64,000 nt of DNA from Thermoanaerobaculia bacterium (lineage in GTDB: Bacteria; Acidobacteriota; Thermoanaerobaculia; UBA5066). Below, piece by piece: positions 33,293 through 42,039 of the stretch (position 1 is the stretch's first letter; every line of letters starts with the position of its first letter). The position numbers and the translations under genes are program-made. The DNA is taken from contig CAWFJJ010000028.1 of the NCBI GenBank assembly GCA_963816185.1, forward strand, positions 512,001-576,000, given 5' to 3'. The notes beneath the pieces are model-generated. The model was not told the DNA's origin. It ran no database searches and worked only from the letters and a program-made list of their open reading frames with translations.

Positions 33293-34162
33293 ATGCGCTG
33301 GAAGCCTGTCGACGTTCTGACGACGCTGTTCGCGACCGCCCTCCTGGCGGCCGGGCTGATGCGGTTCGAAGCACTGGAAAACCGGGGGGTGCTTCTGAGA
33401 ATGGGGCTGGTTGCCGTCGTTCCGGCGCTGATCGCCATGCTCCGTGGCCGCAATCCGAACCCGTCTAGGAGTCTTCAAATTCTCCTGGATTTCTACATCA
33501 TCGGCTGCGTCGTCGTGATCTTCGACGGGCTCGGCCCGCTCATTCGTGCCGTCCACCCCGTCGATTACGACGCCGCGCTCATCGCGTTCGACCGCGCGCT
33601 CTTCGGAACGGACCCGACCGTGGCGCTCGAGAAGATCGCGACGCCCTTCCTCTCGGACGTCCTGACGGTCTTCTACGCGCTCTACTACTTCCACCCCATC
33701 GTCCTCGGGACGCTCGTGCTCCTCGACGACCGCGATCGCCCCGCGCTCGAGCGCGATTTCCCCCGCTTCGCGTTCGTCATCGTGTTCGTGTTCTACGTCA
33801 GCTACTTGTGCTACTTCCTCGTGCCCGCGATCGGCCCCCGCTACACGCTCGTACACGCCGGGCCGCTGCCGCGGGGCGCGATCTCGCAGGCGATCGACCA
33901 CACGCTCGACGTCCTCGAGAAGAACAAGCGCGACTGCTTTCCCTCGGGCCACACGATGGTCCTCGTGGCCATCCTCCTCGAGGCGCGTCGCCGATCGAAG
34001 AAGACGTTCTGGGCATTCCTGCCGTTCGCGGTCGGCCTGATTCTCGCCACGGTCTACTGCCGGTACCACTACGTCGCGGACGTGCTCGCGGGCCTTGCCC
34101 TCGCATTCGTGACGGTCCTGCTCGGGAACGCGCTTTACAGGCGCTTCGCCACCAGCCGATAG
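33293..34162 (+). CDS. PAP2 superfamily, Aur1/IPC-synthase-like membrane protein
   Basis: Multiple TM helices; YFLVPAIGP, DCFPSGHT, RYHYVADVLAG. Confidence 0.8.
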   Translation: MRWKPVDVLTTLFATALLAAGLMRFEALENRGVLLRMGLVAVVPALIAMLRGRNPNPSRSLQILLDFYIIGCVVVIFDGLGPLIRAVHPVDYDAALIAFDRALFGTDPTVALEKIATPFLSDVLTVFYALYYFHPIVLGTLVLLDDRDRPALERDFPRFAFVIVFVFYVSYLCYFLVPAIGPRYTLVHAGPLPRGAISQAIDHTLDVLEKNKRDCFPSGHTMVLVAILLEARRRSKKTFWAFLPFAVGLILATVYCRYHYVADVLAGLALAFVTVLLGNALYRRFATSR

Positions 34163-35262
34163 CGCCGGTAGATCCGGCCGCCGAAGATTTCGAGGGGCTT
34201 GAGGATGTCGAGGTTGTCCTCGAGCATCCACGAGAACTCCGCCCATTTGTGGCCGATGCGGAGGCCTTCCTTCATGGCCTCGTAATAGAGGACGGCGTCG
34301 ATGCCCCGTTTGCGGTACTCCGGTAGCACCCCGAGCGCCATCGTGCGGCAGCGGTCGATCTTCTTCTTCTCCGTCAGGAACCTCAGCCAGCCGAAGGGAA
34401 ACAGCGACCCGCCCATCTTCACGAGGACCTGGTTGAAATCCGGAAGCGCGAGATGGAACGCGGCGGGCTTCCCGTCGATCTCGGCGAAGAGGATGTAAGG
34501 CGGGTAAATGACGGGCTTGAGCTTCTTCGCCATCGCGTCGATCTCCTCGGACGTCATCGGGACGAAGCCCCAGTTCTTCTCCCACGCCCCGTTGTAGATG
34601 GTCTTCACGATCGCGAGGTCTTCGTCGAACTTGTTCATGCGGATCGGCCGCACGACGAGGTTCGGCTCGCGTCGCCGCACGCCCTCGGCGATGCGCGCGA
34701 GCCGCTTGAACGAGACGTCGCTCACGGGCGCGAGGATCGCGACGAGGTCTTTCTCCTTCGAATAGCCCGCGTCCGCAAAGAGGTCGAGGTAGTACGCGGG
34801 GTTGTACGTCATCATGAGAAACGGCAGCCCCGGGTCGCTCTCCTGGGGCACGAATGCCCCCACCTCGTCGTTGAGCGATGGGTTCGCGGGGCCGCGCAGC
34901 CGGTCGCAGCCCGGCAGCATCTCGCGCACGGCTGCCTCGGCGGCACGGAGAAGAGCGGTCGAGACCTCCCGGTCGTTCTCACTTTCGAAGAATCCGAAGA
35001 ATCCCGTCTTCTCCCCGTGGACCCTGTTGTGTTCATCGTCGACGATCGCCGCGATTCGCCCGACGACCCGGCCGTCTTTTCGCGCCAGAAACAGTCTTCT
35101 CTTCGCGTGCTTCCAGAAAGGGTTCCTCTTTTCGTCAAGAATCCAGCGAACGTCCGAGCGCAGCGGTGGCGGCCAGCTCGGGTCGCCGGCGTAGATCCGA
35201 TACGCCAGCTCGACGAATTCGCGGAGCGCACGGGGCGAGTCGACGGATTCGATCTTGATCAT
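34135..35262 (-). CDS. GNAT-fold N-acyltransferase, candidate bacterial ceramide synthase (bCerS/YghO-like)
   Basis: IY.GDP.W.PPL, NPFW, VGRIAA, GFFGFFE, MTYNPAYY, NWGFVP, LGVLPEYRKRG, SWMLEDN; directly downstream of the SPT-like gene. Confidence 0.75.
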   Translation of the reverse strand: MIKIESVDSPRALREFVELAYRIYAGDPSWPPPLRSDVRWILDEKRNPFWKHAKRRLFLARKDGRVVGRIAAIVDDEHNRVHGEKTGFFGFFESENDREVSTALLRAAEAAVREMLPGCDRLRGPANPSLNDEVGAFVPQESDPGLPFLMMTYNPAYYLDLFADAGYSKEKDLVAILAPVSDVSFKRLARIAEGVRRREPNLVVRPIRMNKFDEDLAIVKTIYNGAWEKNWGFVPMTSEEIDAMAKKLKPVIYPPYILFAEIDGKPAAFHLALPDFNQVLVKMGGSLFPFGWLRFLTEKKKIDRCRTMALGVLPEYRKRGIDAVLYYEAMKEGLRIGHKWAEFSWMLEDNLDILKPLEIFGGRIYRRYRLVAKRL

Positions 35263-35291
35263 GCTGCCTTGAGGAAATTCGCCTTCGGATT

Positions 35292-35385
35292 GAAGATTGT
35301 CTTAGAAGGGAGATGAAGCCGCGGCGAACGGGAGCGCCAGAGCGACGCGTGAAGGGCCTCGCCCCTTCATGCTTCTAAGAAATCC
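35292..35385. repeat. TTCTTAGAA-family inverted pair (spt/GNAT junction)
   Basis: GAAGATTGTCTTAGAAGG (35292) and TTCTAAGAAATCC (35373); internal GAAGGG..CCCTTC hairpin. Confidence 0.7.
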
Positions 35386-35405
35386 GAAAACCCCCGGTCC
35401 CCATC

Positions 35406-36683
35406 CTACGAAACCAGCCCCAGCTCCCGGCCCACCTTGTGGAACGCCTCGAGGGCGCGCGTGAGGTGGGCCTTCGTGTGCGTGGCCATGTAGGACGTCC
35501 GGATGAGGGCGCGGCCGGGGGGCGAGCCGGGGCTGACGACGGCGTTCACGAAGACCCCCTCGTCGTCCAGACGCGCGGCCATCTTGAACGCAAGCTCGTC
35601 CGGCCCGACGACGATCGGGATGACGGGCGTCTGGGAGTTGCCGCAGTCGAACCCGATGGCGCGCAGGGCCGTCAACATGAACCGCGTGTTCTCCCAAAGA
35701 CGCTCGCGGCGCTCGGGCTCGTTCTCGATGATGTCGAGCGCGGCGAGGACGGCCGCGACGCAGGCCGGCGGCGGCGCCGCCGTGAACATGAGCGCGCGAG
35801 CCCTGTGCTTGATGAACTTGATGACCTCCGGCTCGCCGACGACGAAGCCTCCCACGGTCGCGAGCGACTTCGAGAACGTACCCATGATGAGGTCGACTTT
35901 GTGCTCGAGGCCGAAGTGCTCGGCGGTGCCGCGACCGTGCTTGCCGAGGACGCCGACGCCGTGCGCATCGTCGATCATGAACGCCACGTCGTAGTCGTCG
36001 CAGATGCTGACGTACTCGGGGACGGGCGCGATATCGCCCTCCATCGAGAAGACGCCGTCGACTACGAGGATCCGCCCGTTGCGGTCGCCGTTCAGGGCGA
36101 GAAGCCGGCGCAGGTCAGCCGGATCGTTGTGCTTGAACTTCTTGACGTCGGCCCCGACCGCGAGGCGCGCGCCGTCGTAGATGCAGGCGTGGTCCTGCCG
36201 GTCGAGGTAGATCGCGTCGCCCTTGCCCGCGAGCGAGGACAGGACGCCGAGGTTGACGAGAAAGCCCGTCGAAAACGTCACGCAGGCCGGTTTCTCCATG
36301 AAAACGGCGAGGCGCTCTTCCAGCTCGACGTGGATGTCGAGCGTCCCGTTCAGGAGGCGGCTGCCGGCGCAGCCCGCGCCGTACTTCCTGACGGCCTCGA
36401 TCGCGCGCTCCTTGATCTTCGGATGCGAGGTCAGGCCGAGGTAGTTGTTCGACCCCAGCATGACCATCTCCCGGCCCCCCATCATGACGACCGGGTCCTG
36501 GCCCGACTCGATGGTCCTGAAGAAGGTAAACAGGCCGGCGGCGCGAAGCTCGTCGGGTACCGTATAAGTTCGACACTTATCGAAAAGTGAGCGGCTCAAG
36601 GCGGGTTCCGCGATGACATTCGACCGACCAAGCATCGATTCATCCTCTGCGGCTGCGGGCCGCGCCCCGTGGTGCTGTCTCAT
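35406..36683 (-). CDS. PLP-dependent alpha-oxoamine synthase, probable serine palmitoyltransferase
   Basis: GSNNYLGL, GCAGSRLLNGTLDIH, DGVFSMEGD, DDAHG, GTFSKSLA (SPT-type lysine motif). BioF/Kbl not excluded. Confidence 0.75.
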   Translation of the reverse strand: MRQHHGARPAAAEDESMLGRSNVIAEPALSRSLFDKCRTYTVPDELRAAGLFTFFRTIESGQDPVVMMGGREMVMLGSNNYLGLTSHPKIKERAIEAVRKYGAGCAGSRLLNGTLDIHVELEERLAVFMEKPACVTFSTGFLVNLGVLSSLAGKGDAIYLDRQDHACIYDGARLAVGADVKKFKHNDPADLRRLLALNGDRNGRILVVDGVFSMEGDIAPVPEYVSICDDYDVAFMIDDAHGVGVLGKHGRGTAEHFGLEHKVDLIMGTFSKSLATVGGFVVGEPEVIKFIKHRARALMFTAAPPPACVAAVLAALDIIENEPERRERLWENTRFMLTALRAIGFDCGNSQTPVIPIVVGPDELAFKMAARLDDEGVFVNAVVSPGSPPGRALIRTSYMATHTKAHLTRALEAFHKVGRELGLVS

Positions 36684-36718
36684 TTCGTGTCCTCTGTCCT
36701 TGGAATTTTACCACCTCG

Positions 36719-37705
36719 CTACGAGATCCAGCCACGCGCGAGATACCACTCCCAGGTGAGCCGTGCGCCAACCGCAAAATCCGTTCGAAATGGCTGACCC
36801 AGAGCAACTTGCGCATCCGACACATCGCAGATCCAGGCGTTCTGGAGCAGCTCGTTTGCTTTATCGGCGTTGAAGACCGGAGGCCCCTTCGCGAGCGCCG
36901 AAAGGGCGCCGACCAGGGAGCCCGCCGCCCGAATCGCCGCGGCGGGAATCGGAAAGAGCCAAGGGCGCCTGGGAGGAAGGGTCGCGAGCGTCTCGGCGAT
37001 GCCCCGGTATTCGAGGACCTCCGGGTGGGCGACGTAAAACGTCTCCCCTTTTCCTCCCCGGTCGAGCGCTCCGAGGACGGCCCGGGCCACGTCTTCGGCG
37101 TACACCATCTGGATGCGAGGCTTCCCGCCCGCGAGAACCGGCACGAAGCCCCGGGAGGCCGCGACGAACAGGTCCCTGATCGCCGTTTCGCGGGGCCCGT
37201 ACACCGCGCTCGGGCGAAGAATCGTGAAGGCGAGACCCGGCGCGTTTCGGACCGCTTCCTCGCCGGCCAGCTTCGACCGACCGTAGGACGAGACGGGGCG
37301 CGGGGAGTCGGCCACGCACACAGGGGCTCCGTTTCGGCTCGGGCCGCCCGCGGCCTGGGAAGACACGAGGACGATGTGAGCGTCCGGCCCCGCCTTCCGA
37401 ACCGCCGAGACGACGTTTGCCGTGCCGGCCGCGTTCGCGGCCATGTATTCAGCCTCGCTCCGGGCCGACGTCTTCCCGGCGACGTGCACCACGGCACTCG
37501 CACCCGCCACCAGCGCCTCGAGCGATTCCGGCCTCCTCACGTCGCCCGGAACGATCTCGACCGGAGTGTCTTTCAGCCAGCCGGGGTTCTCGGGACGGCG
37601 CGCGAGCGCGCGCACCCGGTAGCCCGCCGCGAGAAGGGCGTCGGAGACGTGGCTGCCCACGAATCCACTCCCTCCCGTGAGGGCGACGAGTTCGCCGCGC
37701 GGCAT
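36719..37705 (-). CDS. Extended SDR, NAD-dependent epimerase/dehydratase family (candidate ceramide or ketosphinganine reductase)
   Basis: TGGSGFVG, VSSQAA, YGRSK, LRPSAVYGP. Confidence 0.8.
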   Translation of the reverse strand: MPRGELVALTGGSGFVGSHVSDALLAAGYRVRALARRPENPGWLKDTPVEIVPGDVRRPESLEALVAGASAVVHVAGKTSARSEAEYMAANAAGTANVVSAVRKAGPDAHIVLVSSQAAGGPSRNGAPVCVADSPRPVSSYGRSKLAGEEAVRNAPGLAFTILRPSAVYGPRETAIRDLFVAASRGFVPVLAGGKPRIQMVYAEDVARAVLGALDRGGKGETFYVAHPEVLEYRGIAETLATLPPRRPWLFPIPAAAIRAAGSLVGALSALAKGPPVFNADKANELLQNAWICDVSDAQVALGQPFRTDFAVGARLTWEWYLARGWIS

Positions 37706-37743
37706 CGGGTGAGTGTATCGCTCGACTATGATGCCCTCCCTCG

Positions 37744-39819
37744 ATGCAAAAGAGCCTGTCCGCAGCCGCCCTGGCCCTCGTGCTCGCCGCGCCCGCCTCA
37801 GCCCTCGAGGCACCCCGCAAGATCGTCGACTACGACATCAAGGTCTCCCTCGACCCTGAGACGAAGGTCGTCGAGGGCGTCGAGACGCTTAAGTGGACGA
37901 ACCCGTCAGACGGACCCGTCGGCGAGCTGCGCTTCCACCTCTACTGGAATGCCTTCCGCAACGACCGGTCGACCTTCTTCAAGGAGTCGGGCGGGCGTCT
38001 CCGATGGGATACCGCGGACACCGTCAAAGGTTGGGGCTATACCGACGTGACCTCGATGAAGTGGGACGGCAAAGAGCTCGTGAAGGCGGCCCGCTTCGAG
38101 AGCCCTGACGACGGCAACCCCGACGACCGGACGGTCCTCGTCGTCCCGCTCCCCCGCCCCGTCGCTCCCGGCGAGACCGCGGCCCTCGCGATCGCGTGGA
38201 AGGCAAAGGTCCCGAGGGTCTACGCGCGCGCGGGCTACGTCCGCGACTTCTTCATGTTCGGCCAGTGGTTCCCTGAGATCGGCGTCTACGAGCCGAAGGG
38301 CCGCCGCCGCCGGACGGACCCGGGCTGGAACTGCCACCAGTACCACGCGAACTCCGAGTTCTACGCGGACTGGGGCGACTACCGCGTCGCGATCACGGTG
38401 CCCGAGAAGTTTGTCGTCGGCTCGGCGGGCGCCCTCGTGGATACGAAGATCGCGGGCGGGAAAAAGACTCTGACGTTCGAGCAGAAGTCGATCCACAACT
38501 TCGCCTTCACGGCCGACCCGCGGTACGTCGTCGTCGAGGACGTCTTCGACCCCGCGAAGGACATTCCGGCCGGCGAGGTCGCGCGCGCCTCGAAGACGCT
38601 CGGGCGCTCCGAGACGGACCTCCGCGCCGGGTTTCACAAGGTCGCGATTCGGCTCTACCTCCAGCCTGATCACCGCGCCTTCGACCGCCGGCACATCGAG
38701 GCGCAGAAGTGGGCGCTCGCGTGGACGGGTCTCTGGGCGTTCCCGTACCCGTACGCGCAGGTCTCGATCGTCGACCCGCCCGAAGACGGCATGGGTGCGG
38801 CCGGCATGGAGTACGAGACGATCTACACGACGCTCTCGCTCAAATGGATGTCGCACTGGCCATGCGACCGGCTCTACTTCCCCGAGATGGTCACGATCCA
38901 CGAGTTCACGCACGGCTACTGGATGGGCCTCCTCGCGTCGAACGAGTTCGAGGAGAGCTGGATGGACGAGGGGATCAACACCTTCACCGAGCAGGTGATG
39001 GTGGACCGCAAATACGGCTCGTACGTGAGCGTTCCTCCGGGAGTCGGTTTCAGCGACGAGGAGGTGAATCGCGCGCAGGCCGCGCTCACGCAGGACCACG
39101 ATCCGATCCTCGCGGCCTCGTGGAAGTACGCGACCGAGAGCTCCTATGGGCGCAACTCCTACCCGCAGACCGGCACGACGATCCAGCAGATCCGCAACCT
39201 CCTCGGCGAGGAGACGTTCTGGCGCGCGTTCCGCGGTTACGCCGAGCGCTGGCGTTTCGACCACCCGGCGTCCGAGGACTTCTTCGACTTCATGCGCGCG
39301 AGCGGGAACCCGCTCGTCGCCGACCTCATCCGGAAAACGTGGTACGGCCCCGGCTGGGTCGACTTCGCGATTCTCGATGCGCGCACGAGGGCCGACGACG
39401 GCTTCACGGGCTTCGACGACGCCGAGAAGGCCGTGAACTTCGACCCGGATCCGAAGAAGAAGCCGAAGAAGGAGCCCGACGGGCAGAAGCACAAGGGCCC
39501 ATGGCAGTCGCTCGTCGTCGTCGGCCGCGACGGCGACATCGAGATGCCGGCCCGCGTCGTGATGACGCTCAAGGACGGCACGAAGATCGAGCGCACGTGG
39601 GACGGCGCGAGCGGGTGGGTCAAGTACCACGTGACGTCGTCGTCGCCGCTCGTGAAGGCCGAGGTGGACCCGGAGCGCCGGACGGTCCTCGACCGCAACC
39701 CCTGGAACAACGCCCGCTATACGAAGAACTACGAAGGCCCGTCGGCCGCCGCCAAAGCCCGGACCTACGCCCTGCATCTCGTGGAGATCCTGCTCTCCAC
39801 TCTGTGGGGCGTTCTGTGA
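37744..39819 (+). CDS. M1 family metallo-aminopeptidase (secreted)
   Basis: Signal peptide, AGMEY, HEFTH-x18-E (WMDEG). Confidence 0.9.
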   Translation: MQKSLSAAALALVLAAPASALEAPRKIVDYDIKVSLDPETKVVEGVETLKWTNPSDGPVGELRFHLYWNAFRNDRSTFFKESGGRLRWDTADTVKGWGYTDVTSMKWDGKELVKAARFESPDDGNPDDRTVLVVPLPRPVAPGETAALAIAWKAKVPRVYARAGYVRDFFMFGQWFPEIGVYEPKGRRRRTDPGWNCHQYHANSEFYADWGDYRVAITVPEKFVVGSAGALVDTKIAGGKKTLTFEQKSIHNFAFTADPRYVVVEDVFDPAKDIPAGEVARASKTLGRSETDLRAGFHKVAIRLYLQPDHRAFDRRHIEAQKWALAWTGLWAFPYPYAQVSIVDPPEDGMGAAGMEYETIYTTLSLKWMSHWPCDRLYFPEMVTIHEFTHGYWMGLLASNEFEESWMDEGINTFTEQVMVDRKYGSYVSVPPGVGFSDEEVNRAQAALTQDHDPILAASWKYATESSYGRNSYPQTGTTIQQIRNLLGEETFWRAFRGYAERWRFDHPASEDFFDFMRASGNPLVADLIRKTWYGPGWVDFAILDARTRADDGFTGFDDAEKAVNFDPDPKKKPKKEPDGQKHKGPWQSLVVVGRDGDIEMPARVVMTLKDGTKIERTWDGASGWVKYHVTSSSPLVKAEVDPERRTVLDRNPWNNARYTKNYEGPSAAAKARTYALHLVEILLSTLWGVL

Positions 39820-40814
39820 CCCCGCTCTCGACAGGCCTCGGCGCCGCCCTCCGCCACCGGCGGCTCGCCGCCGTCCTGTGGCTCTCGCTGCTCGCGCCCG
39901 CGCTCGTCACATGGCTTCCCCTGAAGGCCCTCTTTGCGGCCTTCGACGAAGGCGCCTTCCGCGAGGCCCTCGTGAAGGGCTGGGACGGCTGGGGAATGCT
40001 GTCTTTCCTGAGGATTCAGAGACCCGAAATCATCGTGGTCCTCGCCTCGGTTCTGTGCGCGTTCCTCGTCTTCGCGCTCCTTCAGCTCTTCCTGACGGGC
40101 GGCGTCCTGCGCGTTCTCGTCGACGGCAGACCTCGATCCGTGTTCGCGCGTGTCGTCGCCGAGTCGGCCGTCCTCTTCAAGGCGAACCTCTGGGCGACGG
40201 CGCGCTTCGCGGCGTCGTCACTCTTCTGGCTCGGCCTTCTCGTCGTCCTGCCGGTGAAGATCCTGGCCAAGCTCGGCAAGGACGCGCCGCCGCACACGTT
40301 TCTTCCGGACCTCGCCTTCTGGTGGGCACTCATCGTCGGGGCGATCGTCCTTCTGAACGTCGGCCTGAGGTTCGACCTCGCCCGCATCGCCCTTGCGCGC
40401 GACGACGCCCGAAATGCCCGCGGCGCCTATCGCATCGCGAAGCAGCGTCTCTCGGGCCGGCGCGCCTCGGGAATCCGCATCCTCCTGTTCTGGCTCGTCG
40501 TGTTCCTCGCGGTGCAGGCCCTCTTCACGAGCGCAGGGCTCCGCATGAACCCCCGAACGAACGGAGCCGTCGCCGGGCTCTTCCTCTTCCGACAGATCGG
40601 GTTCTATCTCCTCGCGACGGCTCGCGTCGGTTTCTTCGCGTCCCTTCTCGCGTGGGAGAAGCGCCGTCGCCCGGCCTATTCCGTCATGGGGAGCGCCACC
40701 GGCGGGACGACGTGGAAAGCCAGCGAACCGATCTCGACAAGGGCGCCCGCGAGCGCTTTTCCGGAAACCGGCTCCAGCGTGACGACGAACGGCAGCGCGC
40801 TCTTGTCCTCGTAA
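39816..40814 (+). CDS. Hypothetical multi-TM membrane protein
   Basis: GTGA overlap with the peptidase stop; about 6 hydrophobic segments. The 3' end overlaps hom. Confidence 0.7.
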   Translation: MTPLSTGLGAALRHRRLAAVLWLSLLAPALVTWLPLKALFAAFDEGAFREALVKGWDGWGMLSFLRIQRPEIIVVLASVLCAFLVFALLQLFLTGGVLRVLVDGRPRSVFARVVAESAVLFKANLWATARFAASSLFWLGLLVVLPVKILAKLGKDAPPHTFLPDLAFWWALIVGAIVLLNVGLRFDLARIALARDDARNARGAYRIAKQRLSGRRASGIRILLFWLVVFLAVQALFTSAGLRMNPRTNGAVAGLFLFRQIGFYLLATARVGFFASLLAWEKRRRPAYSVMGSATGGTTWKASEPISTRAPASAFPETGSSVTTNGSALLSS

Positions 40815-41980
40815 GGGGCCTGGAACACGGCGTCGATGTTCGCGCCGTGGTTCGCGAGGATGCGCGCGAGGTCCGCGATGATGCCGGGGCGGTCGCGGAC
40901 GACGAACCTCAGATAGAAGGGCGACACGAACTCTTCGGGCGTCGCAGGCACGCACGGCTCGAGAACGCCGAAACCGAGCGGCGGCGCGGCTCGAGCGCCT
41001 CGACGTGCGATTTCCACGACGTCCGCGAGAACGGCCGTCGCCGTCGGGCCGCCGCCAGCCCCGCGCCCGGAGAAGACGAACGGGCCGCCGCTTTCTCCGC
41101 GCACCTCGACCGCGTTGAAAGGGCCCGTCACTTTCGCGAGGAGCGACGCCTCCAAGACGAGGTGCGTCCGGACCGAGAGGAGGAGGTGTCCGCTCTCGAG
41201 GAGGCGCGCCACCGCGAGCTGGCGGGGCGTGCGCAGGAGCATCCGGGCGTAGACGAAATCGCACGGGAGAAGCCGCCTGATTCCCTCTCGCGCGATCTGG
41301 TCGAACGCCACGTCGCGGCCGAACGCGAGTCGCGCGAGCAGCGCGAGTTTGTACGCGGCGTCGTCGCCTCCGACGTCGCTCGCCGGGTCCGCCTCCGCGT
41401 AGCCGAGCCGCTGCGCCTCGGCCAGAACCTCGGCGTACGGGCGCTGCGTCTTCTCCATCTCCGTGAGAATGAAATTGCACGTGCCGTTCAGGATGCCGGA
41501 CACCGCTGTCACGCGGTCGCCCGTGAAGCTCGCGCGCAGCGCTCGCAGGATCGGAATCCCTCCCGCGACCGCCGCCTCGATGCCGAGACCGGCGCCTTTT
41601 TCTCGCGCGAGCCCCTGCAGCTCGGTCCCGTGCCGGGCGAGAAGCAGCTTGTTCGCCGTCACGACGCTCTTGCCCGCAGCCAAAGCGGCGCGGATGAGAC
41701 CGTTCGCGGGCTCGAGCCCGCCGAGCAGCTCGACGACGAGATCCACACCGGGATCCGTCGCGACGGACGCGAGATCGTCCGTCCAGCGTACGCCGTCGCC
41801 GAGGCCGGGATCGCGCTTTCGATCGGAGCTGCGGGTCGCGACGGCCGCGAGAGAGAGGCGAACGCCGCGCCGGGAATCGAGATCGGGTGCCTCCCTCGCG
41901 AGGAGCTTCGCGAACGCCTGGCCCACCGTGCCGAAGCCGATCAGGCCGACGCGAACGGTCCCTGCGGGGTCGCTTTTCAT
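40676..41980 (-). CDS. hom: Homoserine dehydrogenase with ACT domain
   Basis: GFGTVG, VTANK, EAAVAGGIP, GILNGTCN, GYAEADP, GAGGGPTA, DRPGII. Confidence 0.95.
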   Translation of the reverse strand: MKSDPAGTVRVGLIGFGTVGQAFAKLLAREAPDLDSRRGVRLSLAAVATRSSDRKRDPGLGDGVRWTDDLASVATDPGVDLVVELLGGLEPANGLIRAALAAGKSVVTANKLLLARHGTELQGLAREKGAGLGIEAAVAGGIPILRALRASFTGDRVTAVSGILNGTCNFILTEMEKTQRPYAEVLAEAQRLGYAEADPASDVGGDDAAYKLALLARLAFGRDVAFDQIAREGIRRLLPCDFVYARMLLRTPRQLAVARLLESGHLLLSVRTHLVLEASLLAKVTGPFNAVEVRGESGGPFVFSGRGAGGGPTATAVLADVVEIARRGARAAPPLGFGVLEPCVPATPEEFVSPFYLRFVVRDRPGIIADLARILANHGANIDAVFQAPYEDKSALPFVVTLEPVSGKALAGALVEIGSLAFHVVPPVALPMTE

Positions 41981-42039
41981 GGGCGCGCAATGTACGGTAC
42001 GCGCGCGCCCCCGGTCAAAGACTCGTCGAGGAGGTCACG

